DNA of 64,000 nucleotides from Candidatus Sysuiplasma jiujiangense (GTDB taxonomy: Archaea > Thermoplasmatota > Thermoplasmata > Sysuiplasmatales > Sysuiplasmataceae): positions 1 through 64,000 of the forward strand of contig JAHEAD010000003.1 of NCBI GenBank assembly GCA_019721075.1, written 5' to 3'. Made by a program: the position numbers and the translations under genes. How positions within the stretch are numbered: the stretch's first letter is position 1; the number at the start of each line of letters is the position of its first letter. The notes under the pieces were generated by a model. The model was not told the origin of the DNA and searched no databases. It saw only the letters and a program-made list of their open reading frames with translations. Positions 9,062 to 19,906 of the stretch are shown here, piece by piece.

Positions 9062-9976
9062 TCAGCCGCTCAATTCACTTATCAGTTTCCTGAGACCCTC
9101 TTCGACAGTTGTTTCTGCTGTAAAATTGAGCTCCCTCTTTGCTCTGGAGGTGTCGGCGAGTGTCCTGAAGATGTAGTTCCTGATAGGGTTCTTCACATAC
9201 TCAGGCTCAAGTTTCCTGCCCGTGGCCTCCGAAATCATGGATACCATCTGGTTAAGCGATGTCTCCCTCCCCGTTCCTACGTTGTAGACGCCGTTGACAA
9301 TCTTCGATCTGGCAGCCGCTATGTTTGCCTTTGCAATGTCATCGGCAAAGATGAGATCTCTCGTCTGTTCCCCGTTTCCGTAAATCAGGGGCCTTCTTCC
9401 CTTTCCGTCAAGCTCAAGCGCGTCCCAGAGAAACTGCGAAATCATATTGGCTATCTTTCCCTTCTTCCTCTCGCCGATGCCGTAAACGCTGAAATAACGC
9501 AGGAATACTATGCCGACGCCGGTGACAGCAGAAAACGAATTTCCGAGATTTTCCATTGCCAGCTTTGATGCGGCGTACATATTCGGTGCGGCTGTTATGA
9601 ACTGATCTTCCCTTGAAGGGAGCGGCAGACTCCCGTAAATGCTGGAAGTGGATGCTGCCACAACCTTTGAAACATTTTCGATCTCCGCGTTCCTGAACAC
9701 GTTGATGCTGCCTATGGTATTGACAGCGACGCCCTCTGTCGGATCGGGATAGAACATGGGCGAAGATGATGCTGCCGCCTGATGGAAAACGTAATCGCAC
9801 CCGCCGATTGCCTTTTTTAGCGCCTTGGGGTCCATAATGCTCCCCTTCACGAAATCGACATCCGGATCGTCGCATCTCACTATGTCGATGCCGGCTACAT
9901 CCCAACCCCTCTTCCTGCAGGCTGCTGCAATACGCGCGCCTATAAGTCCGGATACGCCTGTGACCAGTGCCCTCAT
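9062..9976 (-). CDS. NAD-dependent epimerase/dehydratase
   Basis: VTGVSGLIG, YAASK and LRYFSVYG. Confidence 0.92.
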   Translation of the reverse strand: MRALVTGVSGLIGARIAAACRKRGWDVAGIDIVRCDDPDVDFVKGSIMDPKALKKAIGGCDYVFHQAAASSSPMFYPDPTEGVAVNTIGSINVFRNAEIENVSKVVAASTSSIYGSLPLPSREDQFITAAPNMYAASKLAMENLGNSFSAVTGVGIVFLRYFSVYGIGERKKGKIANMISQFLWDALELDGKGRRPLIYGNGEQTRDLIFADDIAKANIAAARSKIVNGVYNVGTGRETSLNQMVSMISEATGRKLEPEYVKNPIRNYIFRTLADTSRAKRELNFTAETTVEEGLRKLISELSG

Positions 9977-10009
9977 ATTTTCACTTCCTTTTTTTATTCG
10001 TGCGGCGAA

Positions 10010-10924
10010 TCAGCTGAAGGATTCGCCTGTTATTCTTTCAAACATGTCGGTGTACAGTTGCGTTGTCTTCTTAACGATGTCCCCGGGGAGAGCAGGTATA
10101 GGCGGTTCCGGTTCATGCGCCGATCTCGATGCTTCCAGTTTCGAGTAGTAGCCCGTGTTCCTGTAATACTGCCTGACGAATTCCTTGCTGAGTTCCTCTA
10201 TCTTCCCCTGCGCATATGCATCAAGATCCCACCATCTGTCTTCATCGCAGGTCCCGAAGGTGTCCACGAGGACGGGATTCCTCACCCTGTCGAGGGCGAA
10301 TTCCTTTTTGCCGTCGACATGTATCAGGCCCCTTTTTCCCACTTCCTCCTGAACTGCAGTGTCTATGTTCAGTATCAGAGTGCGGATCTTATCCAGCTCT
10401 TCTGCAGAAAGGCCAGATATTGACTTTGCCTCTTCAAAAGAAAGATGCCTGTCCGTTTTCTCAAACTTGGTCGTGAGTTCAAAATAGGGCTGAGGGAGTT
10501 CTTCACCGTAGCTGACTGCATGGCCCGGCGGAAAGCCGAGTTCAGCCGCCTTCACTTCTCCCTTTGCGACACGATCCATCAGGCTGCCGGCTGCGTAGTA
10601 TCTCATCACGAATTCAAGCGGTATAAGATAATGTCTCGTTTCGCCGTTGATCTTTGCATAATCGGTTATGACATCGAAGCGTCTCACGCGCATCCTGTTG
10701 GATGCGACGAGTTCGGTAAAATGTGTGTTGACGCCCATATCTTTGACGAACTGAAACCAGAAAGCGCTGGTCCTGCAGAGCGACTCACCCTTATGGGGCA
10801 CCGTCACTGGTATGATCTTGTCGAATACAGATATCTGATCCGTAAAAACGAACTCAAGCGTCGAAGAGTCCACTGCATATACCTCTTTGACTTTGCCCTT
10901 TCTGAGAAGCTGCAAATAATTCAC
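10010..10924 (-). CDS. purC: SAICAR synthetase
   Basis: GKVKEVY, FTDQISVFD, DGKKEF and LSKEFVRQY. Confidence 0.95.
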   Translation of the reverse strand: MNYLQLLRKGKVKEVYAVDSSTLEFVFTDQISVFDKIIPVTVPHKGESLCRTSAFWFQFVKDMGVNTHFTELVASNRMRVRRFDVITDYAKINGETRHYLIPLEFVMRYYAAGSLMDRVAKGEVKAAELGFPPGHAVSYGEELPQPYFELTTKFEKTDRHLSFEEAKSISGLSAEELDKIRTLILNIDTAVQEEVGKRGLIHVDGKKEFALDRVRNPVLVDTFGTCDEDRWWDLDAYAQGKIEELSKEFVRQYYRNTGYYSKLEASRSAHEPEPPIPALPGDIVKKTTQLYTDMFERITGESFS

Positions 10925-11077
10925 CGCCTTTTTGAGGTTCTTTCAGCGTCCATAAAATTGGTGCTTATTAACTATTGCCTAGAAACAGCGGACAGCGGTT
11001 CTTCCGCGAAGTCTGTGCGCGGCTGACGCAACGGCAAACGCAGCATCGGCTGGCTTGCATTGCAGCGCAGAATGATT

Positions 11078-11962
11078 TCAGATGGCACCCTGTGACTTGA
11101 GTTCACGTTTCAGCCTGGCGGTTTCCTTTTCGGTCATGTGCCTGAGCGGCGGCCTTACGAAACCGGCATTCACGCCTTTCAGTTTCATAGCCTCCTTAAT
11201 CGGCTGAATGCGCGGATCTGTCAGGAGGGCCCTCAGCCCGGAAATCCTTGACTGGATTGTCATTGCCTTTGAAAATTCGCCGTCCTGGAAAAGTCTGTAA
11301 AGGTGCACGTAGCTTTCAGGGAATGCATTGGAATAACCGCTCACGCATCCGTCCATGCCTGTGATGAGGCCGGGAAGGAAGTAGTCGTCCGTGCCGCAAA
11401 AAACTATCCTGCCGTCTGGCTTTCCGTAAACAAGCTGCTGAAGGTTTCTGAAATCGCCGCTGCTGTCCTTTATGCCTATAATGCTGGAATGTTCCTCCAT
11501 GATTTCAATCGCCGTCTCGGGACTCAAATGGACGCCCGTCATCGGCGGGATGTGATACATGAACATGGGCAGATCGGTAAACGAGGATATAGTTGAGTAA
11601 TACTTCATTACCGCCTCCTGGTCAGGTTTGTAATAGCTCCCTGGAACGGCCGCAATTGCGTCTACGCCCGTCTCCTTTGCATGGAGCGAAAGTTCCTTCA
11701 CATCTTCAATTGCGTTGGCTCCGACATGGACTATCAGCGGTACCTTGCCGCTGCACCTGTCCGCACATATCTCAGCCAGTCTCTTCCTCTGCCTGACCGA
11801 CATGGAGATGCCCTCCCCCGTTGTCCCGGCAGCATAGATTCCGTCTATTTTCCTCGATATAAGATAATCAAGCACATCGACGAGTCCTGTTTCATCCAGC
11901 TCGCCTGACAAGGTGAACGGGGTTATCATTGCAGTAAACACACCGGAGAATTTTTCTGTCAT
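11078..11962 (-). CDS. DHDPS/KDG-aldolase family protein
   Basis: AMITPF, GTTGE, YHIP and GIKDSSG. Confidence 0.9.
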   Translation of the reverse strand: MTEKFSGVFTAMITPFTLSGELDETGLVDVLDYLISRKIDGIYAAGTTGEGISMSVRQRKRLAEICADRCSGKVPLIVHVGANAIEDVKELSLHAKETGVDAIAAVPGSYYKPDQEAVMKYYSTISSFTDLPMFMYHIPPMTGVHLSPETAIEIMEEHSSIIGIKDSSGDFRNLQQLVYGKPDGRIVFCGTDDYFLPGLITGMDGCVSGYSNAFPESYVHLYRLFQDGEFSKAMTIQSRISGLRALLTDPRIQPIKEAMKLKGVNAGFVRPPLRHMTEKETARLKRELKSQGAI

Positions 11963-12052
11963 TAAAACCGGTTTCTGAATGCAGTTATCATATTAATCTT
12001 ATTTCCCTTAAATCGGTCAAGCTTGATAAACAAACAGGTATTAATCCTCTGC

Positions 12053-12307
12053 ATGAAGATGTCAGTGATGCTGTTTGCACGGTTCAGGGAGCTTGCACGA
12101 TCTGATGCAATACAGGTGGAGATGCCGGGAGACGGCAGCTGGACTGTGGAACTGCTGAAAAAACAGATCTCCATCCAGCACCGGTCGCTTTCCGCGATGA
12201 TGGATTCATGTCTTGTGGCAGTCAACGAAGTATTCGCCGGGAACAGCGCAAAGATCTTCCCGGGAGACAGCATTGCGCTGATGCCGCCGGTGAGTGGTGG
12301 ACTTTGA
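12053..12307 (+). CDS. moaD: Molybdopterin sulfur carrier
   Basis: FARFRE...VAVN...PPVSGG(L). Confidence 0.9.
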   Translation: MKMSVMLFARFRELARSDAIQVEMPGDGSWTVELLKKQISIQHRSLSAMMDSCLVAVNEVFAGNSAKIFPGDSIALMPPVSGGL

Positions 12308-12735
12308 GAGTGGAACTGCGCGACGGTCCTATCACGGAGCGGATGGCGCTCGGAAAACTCAATACGGCAGGGTGCGGATCAACCGTACTGTTCACGGGAC
12401 GTGTCAGGCCTTCGGAAAACGGCAGGAGAATTGATTCCCTCTATTATGAGTGCTATCGGAGCATGGCAGAGAAACTGATTTCGGAAATACTGGAAAATGC
12501 GATCAGAAGATACAGGCTGTCTGATGCTGCCGTCATTCACCGAATTGGAAGTGTCGGTGCGGGAGAGCTCAGCATCGTTGTAGCCGTTTCGTCAGTGAGG
12601 AGAAGGGAAGGCTTCAGGGCGTGCGCCGGGATCGTGAAGAGTATCAAGGAAAAAGTACCGATCTGGAAAAAGGAGATCGGGGAGGTTGAGGAATGGCAGT
12701 CAGAAAGGGTGCAGGAACCGAAACATCGATGGTGA
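12304..12735 (+). CDS. moaE: Molybdopterin synthase catalytic subunit
   Basis: FTGRVR, LYYECY, HRIG and VPIWKKE; TTG start overlaps the moaD stop. Confidence 0.9.
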   Translation: MRVELRDGPITERMALGKLNTAGCGSTVLFTGRVRPSENGRRIDSLYYECYRSMAEKLISEILENAIRRYRLSDAAVIHRIGSVGAGELSIVVAVSSVRRREGFRACAGIVKSIKEKVPIWKKEIGEVEEWQSERVQEPKHRW

Positions 12736-13169
12736 ACATCACCTCGAAACCAGTCGTGCGAAGGGTTGCAGTGGCCGAAGGGAGGATAAGGCTGCGGAAG
12801 GCAAGTATCGCATCGATTCGCGGGAAGAACAGAAAGGGGGATGTCCTGACGGTGGCCGAGATTGCAGGCATAGCAGCCGCAAAAAGGACATCCGAACTGA
12901 TACCGCTGTGCCATCAGATACCGCTGACGGGAGTTCAGGTGAAATTCAGGATAGACAGCGCAGGCGTCCGCTGCATGTGCAGGGTTGAGGCCAGATGGGG
13001 CACCGGCGTTGAAATGGAGGCGCTTGCAGCGGTGAACGCGTCGCTGCTGACCATCTGGGACATGGTGAAGAAGACGGAAAAGGATGGGGAGGGGCAGTAT
13101 CCTTTCACGTGCATGAGCGACATAAGGGTTGTGTCGAAGGAAAAGGAGGGATCCGCTGGCAGTCCATGA
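12693..13169 (+). CDS. moaC: cPMP synthase
   Basis: AAKRTSELIPLCH, TGVEMEAL and IWDMVK. Confidence 0.95.
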   Translation: MAVRKGAGTETSMVNITSKPVVRRVAVAEGRIRLRKASIASIRGKNRKGDVLTVAEIAGIAAAKRTSELIPLCHQIPLTGVQVKFRIDSAGVRCMCRVEARWGTGVEMEALAAVNASLLTIWDMVKKTEKDGEGQYPFTCMSDIRVVSKEKEGSAGSP

Positions 13170-13656
13170 CCACAGGGAAACTTCGCCGCAGAAGGTTTTG
13201 TTCGGCATCGTGACGGTCAGTGACAGCAGGACACACGAAACCGACAGTTCGGGCACAATCATAGAAAAACTTGTCTCCGCCGCGGGCCACAGTGTTGCAG
13301 TGCGCAGCATCGTGAAGGATGACGGCCGGGAAATACTCTCCGCGCTGACTGCATCGATTGACGGAGGAGCGGAGGCTGTAGTGTTTACGGGCGGCACAGG
13401 CATAACATCCAGGGATGTGACTTATGAAACGCTAAGACCGCTTATGGAAAAATTACTCGACGGATTCGGTGAACTGTTCAGATATCTGAGCTACATGAAA
13501 ATAGGAAGCGCTGCAATAATGAGCCGCGCATTCGCCGGCGTAATCAAGGGAAAGATTGTTTTCTGCCTTCCGGGCTCACCTGAGGCTGTGAGTCTTGCGA
13601 TGGAGGCCATAATACTGCCTGAGATCGGTCACATAATAAGGGAGATCCGCAGATGA
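13156..13656 (+). CDS. moaB: Molybdenum cofactor biosynthesis protein B
   Basis: IVTVSDSR, GGTGITSRDVT and LPGSP; CTG start inferred from the GGAGG upstream. Confidence 0.9.
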   Translation: MAVHDHRETSPQKVLFGIVTVSDSRTHETDSSGTIIEKLVSAAGHSVAVRSIVKDDGREILSALTASIDGGAEAVVFTGGTGITSRDVTYETLRPLMEKLLDGFGELFRYLSYMKIGSAAIMSRAFAGVIKGKIVFCLPGSPEAVSLAMEAIILPEIGHIIREIRR

Positions 13657-14861
13657 GCGGCAACTGGAACTACAGAACACTTGAACAGGCGGTGAGGACG
13701 GCTGTAGCACATACCAGGGGCATCGGGCGGTCGGAGTTTGTACACATCGATGACGCCCGCGGGAGGATACTGGCACAGACTGTGAGGGGCAGAATAAACG
13801 TGCCGCCATGGGACCGGTCGACGGTCGACGGGTATGCAATAAGGAGCGCTGACACATCTGACGGAAGGATGGTCACGCTTGGGATCATCGGCCACGTGAA
13901 GGCGGGCGACTCCTTCAGAGGGAGTGTCGGAAAGGGGGAGTGCGTCGGCATCGCAACAGGCGCGCCGATGCCTGAAGGTTCTGACGCTTCGGTCATGTTC
14001 GAGCGTGTGGATGAAAACGCGGATGAGGGAAAAATCTCCTTCTCATTCAGGGTGCAGAGGGGAGAGAATGTTTCGTTCAGGGGCATCGATATAGCAAAGG
14101 GGGATGTTGTTGCGGCGAAAGGGCAGAGGATAACGGCAGGAATCCTCGGTGCGCTCGCGTCACAGGGCATGGCAAGAGTGAGGGTGACGGCAAGGCCTGT
14201 CGTAGCTGTAATACCCGGGGGTGACGAGGTTTCCCCGGTGGGACGGAAGACGCGCAGGGGACAGATATATGATGTCAATTCGCACACCATAGCATCCGTT
14301 GTTGAAAAAGCAGGAGGGAGGGCCTTCATAATGGATACTGTGGCAGATGACAACGATGAGGTACGCAAAGCGCTTGTTTCAGCGCTTAAATATGACGCCT
14401 GCGTATTTGCAAGCGGAAGTTCGGCCGGCCAGAGGGATTTTGTTGCCGGTGCAATCGAAAAGGAGGGAAGACTGCTTTTCCATGGCGTGAGAATGAGACC
14501 CGGAAGACCTACGATGTTCGGCGTTGTAAGGGGCAGGCCCGTGTTCGGACTGGCGGGCCATCCGGTCTCCTCCTTCCTCGGCGCACACTATCTGGTCGCA
14601 CCAGCCGTCAGAAAAATGTCGGGGGCAGGAAACAGCCAGCCTGCCATTGTGATTACGGCCCCATTCTCGGGAGAGAGCAGAGGCGATAACGCCACAGAGC
14701 GGCTCATACCGGTGAAGGTGGTTGATGGCCGATGCATTCCGGTTTTCAAGGAATCGGGTGCCATAACAAGCATCTCGATGGCTGACGGAATTGTCAGGCA
14801 GCCTGCGGGAAAGGATATCGGCAACGGTGACATTGTGGGCGTTGAACTGCTGAACTGCTGA
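13653..14861 (+). CDS. moeA: Molybdopterin molybdotransferase
   Basis: PPWDRSTVDGYA, IATGAPMPEG and MRPGRP. Confidence 0.93.
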   Translation: MSGNWNYRTLEQAVRTAVAHTRGIGRSEFVHIDDARGRILAQTVRGRINVPPWDRSTVDGYAIRSADTSDGRMVTLGIIGHVKAGDSFRGSVGKGECVGIATGAPMPEGSDASVMFERVDENADEGKISFSFRVQRGENVSFRGIDIAKGDVVAAKGQRITAGILGALASQGMARVRVTARPVVAVIPGGDEVSPVGRKTRRGQIYDVNSHTIASVVEKAGGRAFIMDTVADDNDEVRKALVSALKYDACVFASGSSAGQRDFVAGAIEKEGRLLFHGVRMRPGRPTMFGVVRGRPVFGLAGHPVSSFLGAHYLVAPAVRKMSGAGNSQPAIVITAPFSGESRGDNATERLIPVKVVDGRCIPVFKESGAITSISMADGIVRQPAGKDIGNGDIVGVELLNC

Positions 14862-14885
14862 TGGAAGACACCGGCGGATCTTCAG

Positions 14886-15308
14886 CTACACCTCTATCAT
14901 CCTTAGTTCTTCGCCTATCCTGCATTCCACCGGTCCGAGGTCGCGTATTATCTTGAATTTCTGTTTCTGCACGCCCTGCGGAAAACAGCACCTGTAACTG
15001 GGGCAACCGACGAAATTGCAGCTCCTCCTGTCCGGAACTATGACCGATCCCTCTACAACCTGCTTCCTGCGTACGGCTATCCTGTGTGTTATCTCTTCGA
15101 CCCTGACAACCCTGACACCGCCTTCATGAATCGCGCAATCGTCGTGATGCTTCGATCTGACTTCAACTACCCTGTAATGCTGTCCCGGTTCAAGATTCAG
15201 GCAGGCTACCTTGAGTCTGCAGTCACGGCATTCAGGAGAGGGCCCGTTGAAAATGAATGCACCTCCCTCCCTGGCGATATGTTCACCAATCAGCGTAATT
15301 CCGGGCAT
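14886..15308 (-). CDS. UPF0179 family protein
   Basis: ITLIG...CRDCRLKVAC-NLEPG, Cys-rich archaeal pattern. Confidence 0.85.
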   Translation of the reverse strand: MPGITLIGEHIAREGGAFIFNGPSPECRDCRLKVACLNLEPGQHYRVVEVRSKHHDDCAIHEGGVRVVRVEEITHRIAVRRKQVVEGSVIVPDRRSCNFVGCPSYRCCFPQGVQKQKFKIIRDLGPVECRIGEELRMIEV

Positions 15309-15578
15309 CCTTTTACCTCAGTCGCTTCTCCAGATCCGACTGTAAGACATACACGGAGGGGCAATAGCAGACTGACGCATATTATATGTTTGCTATCCGT
15401 AAACCTGCAGACCGGATTCAGTGGAAATGCCAGTCAGCACCAGCCTGTCTGGCGCACACCAGCCTGCGCATATAGAGACAGCACATGTCAAACTTTGGAA
15501 ACCAGGAGGAAACGGCTATAGACGTGTCCGGTTGACGGATACGGTATAGTTTGATGTGTCATGAACCGGCAGAACACA

Positions 15579-15839
15579 TCAGGATTCTCTCCCGGATGTT
15601 GAAAGACTGCCGATGTCTCCGGCATTCCTCGGAAGGCGCGAAACCACCTGTTTCAGCACATCGATCGAGACGGTATAGAATTGCTCCGGATCCCTTTCCA
15701 CCCACCCCGGATAGCGTGTTATAAGGGGAGAGGGATAGTCCTTCTGCGCTGCCGCCACTACACGATATGAATCTCCCACTGCGAGCGCCTTTACAGAGCT
15801 TGTTCCCACATCCAGGCCGATCGAATACATCTGACTCAC
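15579..15839 (-). pseudogene. Truncated FGGY carbohydrate kinase
   Basis: IGLDVGTSSVKA...PGWVERDP; stops after 86 aa. Confidence 0.8.
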
Positions 15840-15866
15840 CCGGCAGCCTTCGGGCCGGAAAGCATT

Positions 15867-17286
15867 TCAGACAGAGAACTTACCTGCCTCCCGGATCAGT
15901 TCCGGATTTTTCCTTATCTGGTATTCTATAATGATAACGCCCAGAATTACATAGACGGGAAAGATGAGTGCGCCGTAGAGCAGAATGCCGGAAGGCAGGG
16001 GGACGAATGTGGCGTAAACTATCACAACTGTCATTGCAATTACGACCAGCGGGATGATGACATGGAAGAACCAGTGAACCCTGCCGAGGACTCTCCTGGC
16101 GAAAATCGGTACCCCGGCGGAAGTGGCCATCTTGACAACTATCCAAGAGAGCGTGGAGGTTATTGCCAGCGATATTGTGACATTCAGGGGACCCAGGAGA
16201 AGGCCGGCTGTCAGCGTCACGACTGTTCCTATGACAAATGTCAGTATCAGTACCCTGTGGGGCGTGCTGTACTTTTCATGTACCTTTGCCATAGACTTTG
16301 GAAATACCATACCGTCCCTCGCCATGGAGTACCACATCCTGCTCACGTCAGTCATACCGGCCACGCCGCAGGAGAAATAGCTGTTCATTATGAATCTCGC
16401 CAGTATGATGCCGCCCACCGGGCCGAGGTACCTGTCCCAGACAATCTGGCCAGGATTGGAAAATGTCCCGAATGTTGCCATGTTCGAAATGCCCCATCCG
16501 ACTGTGAGCGCGTAGGATGCCACAATAAGAGTGATGCCTCCCACCAGAATACTTCCGAAAAACGCCTTCGGCAGGTTTCTCTTCGGGTCCTTTATCTCCT
16601 CCCCAGACTTGCGGGCGATATTGCACCTGTCATTGAGTCGGCGGCGAAAAGAAGACCGAAGAAGAGCGGGAGCACAAGGTCATGCGTCGGCGCAAGCGTG
16701 AAAACTGTCAGCGTATTTCCGCGGCCGACATCGAAAATTATCAGCAGGCTGGACGCCAGAAGGAAAAGAGCTTCCGCCCCTCCGGTATACAGAACATAGC
16801 GCAGCGAAGGCTTGATTCCGTAATAGGCGAGCAGGAAAATGGCTATCTGCGGTATAAAGAAGAAGCCGACCCAGAGATATGGTATGGTCTGGAAAAAAGG
16901 AAAATAGAGATAGAGCGTGGTCGCAAAACCCAGGGAGCCGAAGAGTGAATATGTATAGAGCTCATGGAACTGCTGGAACCAGGCGCCATATGCGGAAGCC
17001 CCCCTTGCGCCCAGCCCGTGGGGAATAAAGGTGTAGTAGCCCCCGAGCTTGCGACATTCTTGGAATACGAGTAATTTGTATTACCGACCATCAGATACAG
17101 CACGACGCCAAGAACCATCGCCAGGGGCATAGCGCCGTAGGCGACAATCGCCACGCCTATCAGAAGGGATGCAACATCCGCTGCAGGAGCGGAGTGCGAA
17201 AAACCGAGAAATATTGCATGCCAGGGACCTACGCCATTGCGCATAAGACCCGGCTTCCCATCTTCCGACGGGTGGCCGGAATGCAT
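15867..17286 (-). pseudogene. Frameshifted APC amino-acid permease
   Basis: The N-terminal piece (HSAPAAD, YSKNVASSG) and C-terminal piece (SRMWYSMARDG...KVHEKYSTP) are separate ORFs with broken sequence between. Confidence 0.8.
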
Positions 17287-17601
17287 TCCAACTGCACCCG
17301 GGCACTTTCGATATCGACCGTTTCAGCCTGCATATTAATCCCCGGCGGGCATTTGAGGTCATATTAATACCTTTTTCCTTACTGCCGGGCAGCTGAACGA
17401 ATCAGCTGAAATGTGCGGACAATTTCTTCGCAGATGATATTTTATTCATCTAAATCTTCACAAATTAGATTTTGTTTTAACATTCCTGCGAGAATGAAAA
17501 AGGAGCAGTCATGCGGGGCGGCCGGCATTCCGGAGACCGGGAAGGAGCGAAGCAGTCCATTCCGTTGAAGCATCCCGGGTTATGCGCCGCAAACGGCATA
17601 T

Positions 17602-18669
17602 TCAGATTACGCCTGTCTTCTTTGCAAGCTTCCGCGCCGAATTCAGATCAAGTCTTTTCAAATCAAGTATTGTATAGCGGTCATTCCGCACAGTTCTTGC
17701 AGCCACAAGTGCACTTATTATGTCCTTTTCAGGAATACCGAGTTCGTCTGCTGATACCGGGCAGCCCAGTGTGATAAGTGTGTCCCTTATCTTCTCCCAT
17801 CCGCCGCCATGAAGTGCCATCATCATTATGGCACCGACGCCGCACTGCTCGCCATGGAGCGCACCTTTCTGCGTGATAGCATCGAGTGCATGCGAAAAAA
17901 GATGTTCGGAACCGCTGGCAGGTCTCGACGAACCTGCGGCACCCATCGCGAGTCCCGACGCTATTATCGGCCTGACGGCAAGCCAGGCCGATGTTTCATC
18001 GTTTTCCCTGATCCTCCGCGCTGATGCCATGATTGATTCGCAGGCGTACCTGGACAGGGACGCAGCCGTGGTGCTGTAAATTCCGGCACCCTTCTTCACG
18101 GCAAGTTCCCAGTCGAGAAGGGCAGTCGAATTGCTGACCACATCAGCACAACCGGCCGCGAGCATCCTGTAAGGAGCCTTTGATATTATGACTGTGTCTG
18201 CAACGACTGCCATCGGCATTACGCCTTCCATCGACAGCGGCCTTCCTTCCTTTTTTATGGAGACACGGGGAGAAGCGATTCCGTCATGCGATGCCGAGGT
18301 CGGCACACTTATGAAATCTGAGCCGCATTCCTTCGCGGCCATCTTGCCGAGATCGATTTTGCTTCCGCCCCCGACACCGAGAATAACCTCGGGCCGGAAT
18401 TTCCTGGCGGAGGCGCAGACTGCATGCAGGTTTTCCAGTGTTGCATCGCCGACAATCTCGGTCCTTGTCCGGAGACCGAGTTTTTCGACCATGGAAGCTA
18501 TCCTGCCGCCTGCTATTTTGAAGGTGTGGTCGCCTGTTATGACGAGACACTTCCTCCTGTAACCGAGTTCCTCAATGACAGCCGGAAGTCTCCTTAGGAC
18601 GCCATGGCCCGCAAGCACTTCCCTCGGAAATACCATCGCCTTGTATTTTGTGAAGTGGTCTGCCATCAT
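17602..18669 (-). CDS. egsA: sn-glycerol-1-phosphate dehydrogenase
   Basis: GGGSKIDLGK, PTSASHDG, SRPASGSEH and HGEQCG. Confidence 0.95.
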   Translation of the reverse strand: MMADHFTKYKAMVFPREVLAGHGVLRRLPAVIEELGYRRKCLVITGDHTFKIAGGRIASMVEKLGLRTRTEIVGDATLENLHAVCASARKFRPEVILGVGGGSKIDLGKMAAKECGSDFISVPTSASHDGIASPRVSIKKEGRPLSMEGVMPMAVVADTVIISKAPYRMLAAGCADVVSNSTALLDWELAVKKGAGIYSTTAASLSRYACESIMASARRIRENDETSAWLAVRPIIASGLAMGAAGSSRPASGSEHLFSHALDAITQKGALHGEQCGVGAIMMMALHGGGWEKIRDTLITLGCPVSADELGIPEKDIISALVAARTVRNDRYTILDLKRLDLNSARKLAKKTGVI

Positions 18670-18708
18670 CCGTTCTCACCCGATCAAAACAGCCCGGTGC
18701 GGTCCCGA

Positions 18709-19044
18709 TTACTTCAGCCTGTAGCCAGATGCTACGGCATCGATGCGTTCGGCGAGCTCGAAATCCAGGAGGCTTATGCCGCTCGACACGGTGCCGTCAG
18801 GATTCCTGATTTTATGTGTCGAGAGCCTGATTTCCACCCTGCTGTACTCATTCCTTATTTCAGGATGATGATCTATTTTTTCAATTTCCAGGGCGATTCT
18901 TGCGATGAAGGAGAACGCATCCTCGAAATTACCGAATGTCATTACCCTCAAAAGTTTCCCCTCTTCCATCTTCCAGCCATGGAGGGAAGCCAGTTTTGCC
19001 GATATCTCCCCGTCGCCGAGTTTTCTGTTCTCCATATTCACCAC
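18709..19044 (-). CDS. Pterin-4-alpha-carbinolamine dehydratase
   Basis: EKIDHHPEI...LSTH. Confidence 0.9.
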   Translation of the reverse strand: MVNMENRKLGDGEISAKLASLHGWKMEEGKLLRVMTFGNFEDAFSFIARIALEIEKIDHHPEIRNEYSRVEIRLSTHKIRNPDGTVSSGISLLDFELAERIDAVASGYRLK

Positions 19045-19071
19045 ATCACCGTGACCTGGACAGGCTTCCGT

Positions 19072-19353
19072 TCACCCGTAGAATGCCGGTTTGACTTCCT
19101 TGGACTCCTTCTTCTCGGCCTTCTCCTGCTTCACTATGTCCACATAGAAAACGGAATTGCATGGAAGCAGACGGACTGTTCCCTTGTCCTCTCCATCGCT
19201 TATCCTGACAGAAATGGCGCTCTCATCACCGAAGGGCACATACCCGAGGAAAATCCCCTCTGTCTCAAACTGCTTGTCAGATCCTGCCGCGCTTACAATC
19301 CTGTATACCGATCCTTTTACCAGCGAAAAATTTTCACTGTCATCATTTTTCAT
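19072..19353 (-). CDS. Small hypothetical protein
   Basis: Operonic ORF overlapping the upstream stop. Confidence 0.7.
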   Translation of the reverse strand: MKNDDSENFSLVKGSVYRIVSAAGSDKQFETEGIFLGYVPFGDESAISVRISDGEDKGTVRLLPCNSVFYVDIVKQEKAEKKESKEVKPAFYG

Positions 19354-19805
19354 TTATGTGCCTCCGAAATATTCTGAATGTGATCCACTGTCTTCCTGTA
19401 TGATTCCATCGCCGCCTGAACATTTGATTCGGTGAAATTCCAGGCCTTGCTTATATTTCCGTACCTTATCCTGTATCCTTTCTTCCGCTGACCGTCCTTT
19501 TCTATATAAACTTCCTCAAGTATGTCCAGGCTCTTCAGCTTGTTCACGTGCCTGTACACGGTGGCCTTGGTCGCACTGATATCCGCTGAAATTTCCTCCA
19601 CAAGCCAGGCCCTGTCAGATCTGCGCAGGAAGTAATCCCTGAATATACGGAAGGGAATGCTGTTTTCGACAGCCAGCGCATCATTTCTGGGTGTATAACC
19701 AGGAGGCAGGTAACCTATCTGGGACAGGAATATCGACAGGATTTCATCCAGATCCTGCAGTGGTGTAAGCGGAGTATTTGAAACGACAGAAATTTCAAAC
19801 GACAT
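19350..19805 (-). CDS. Winged-HTH (ArsR-like) protein
   Basis: VEEISADISATKATVYRHVNKL. Confidence 0.8.
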   Translation of the reverse strand: MSFEISVVSNTPLTPLQDLDEILSIFLSQIGYLPPGYTPRNDALAVENSIPFRIFRDYFLRRSDRAWLVEEISADISATKATVYRHVNKLKSLDILEEVYIEKDGQRKKGYRIRYGNISKAWNFTESNVQAAMESYRKTVDHIQNISEAHK

Positions 19806-19906
19806 CTATAATCGATAGAGCATTGACATATAAAAATTTAATACAGTCGAATCACTACATGCTGCCGGCCGCTACGGACTGATTTGCTGAAGGAAGGCAG
19901 AGACAG

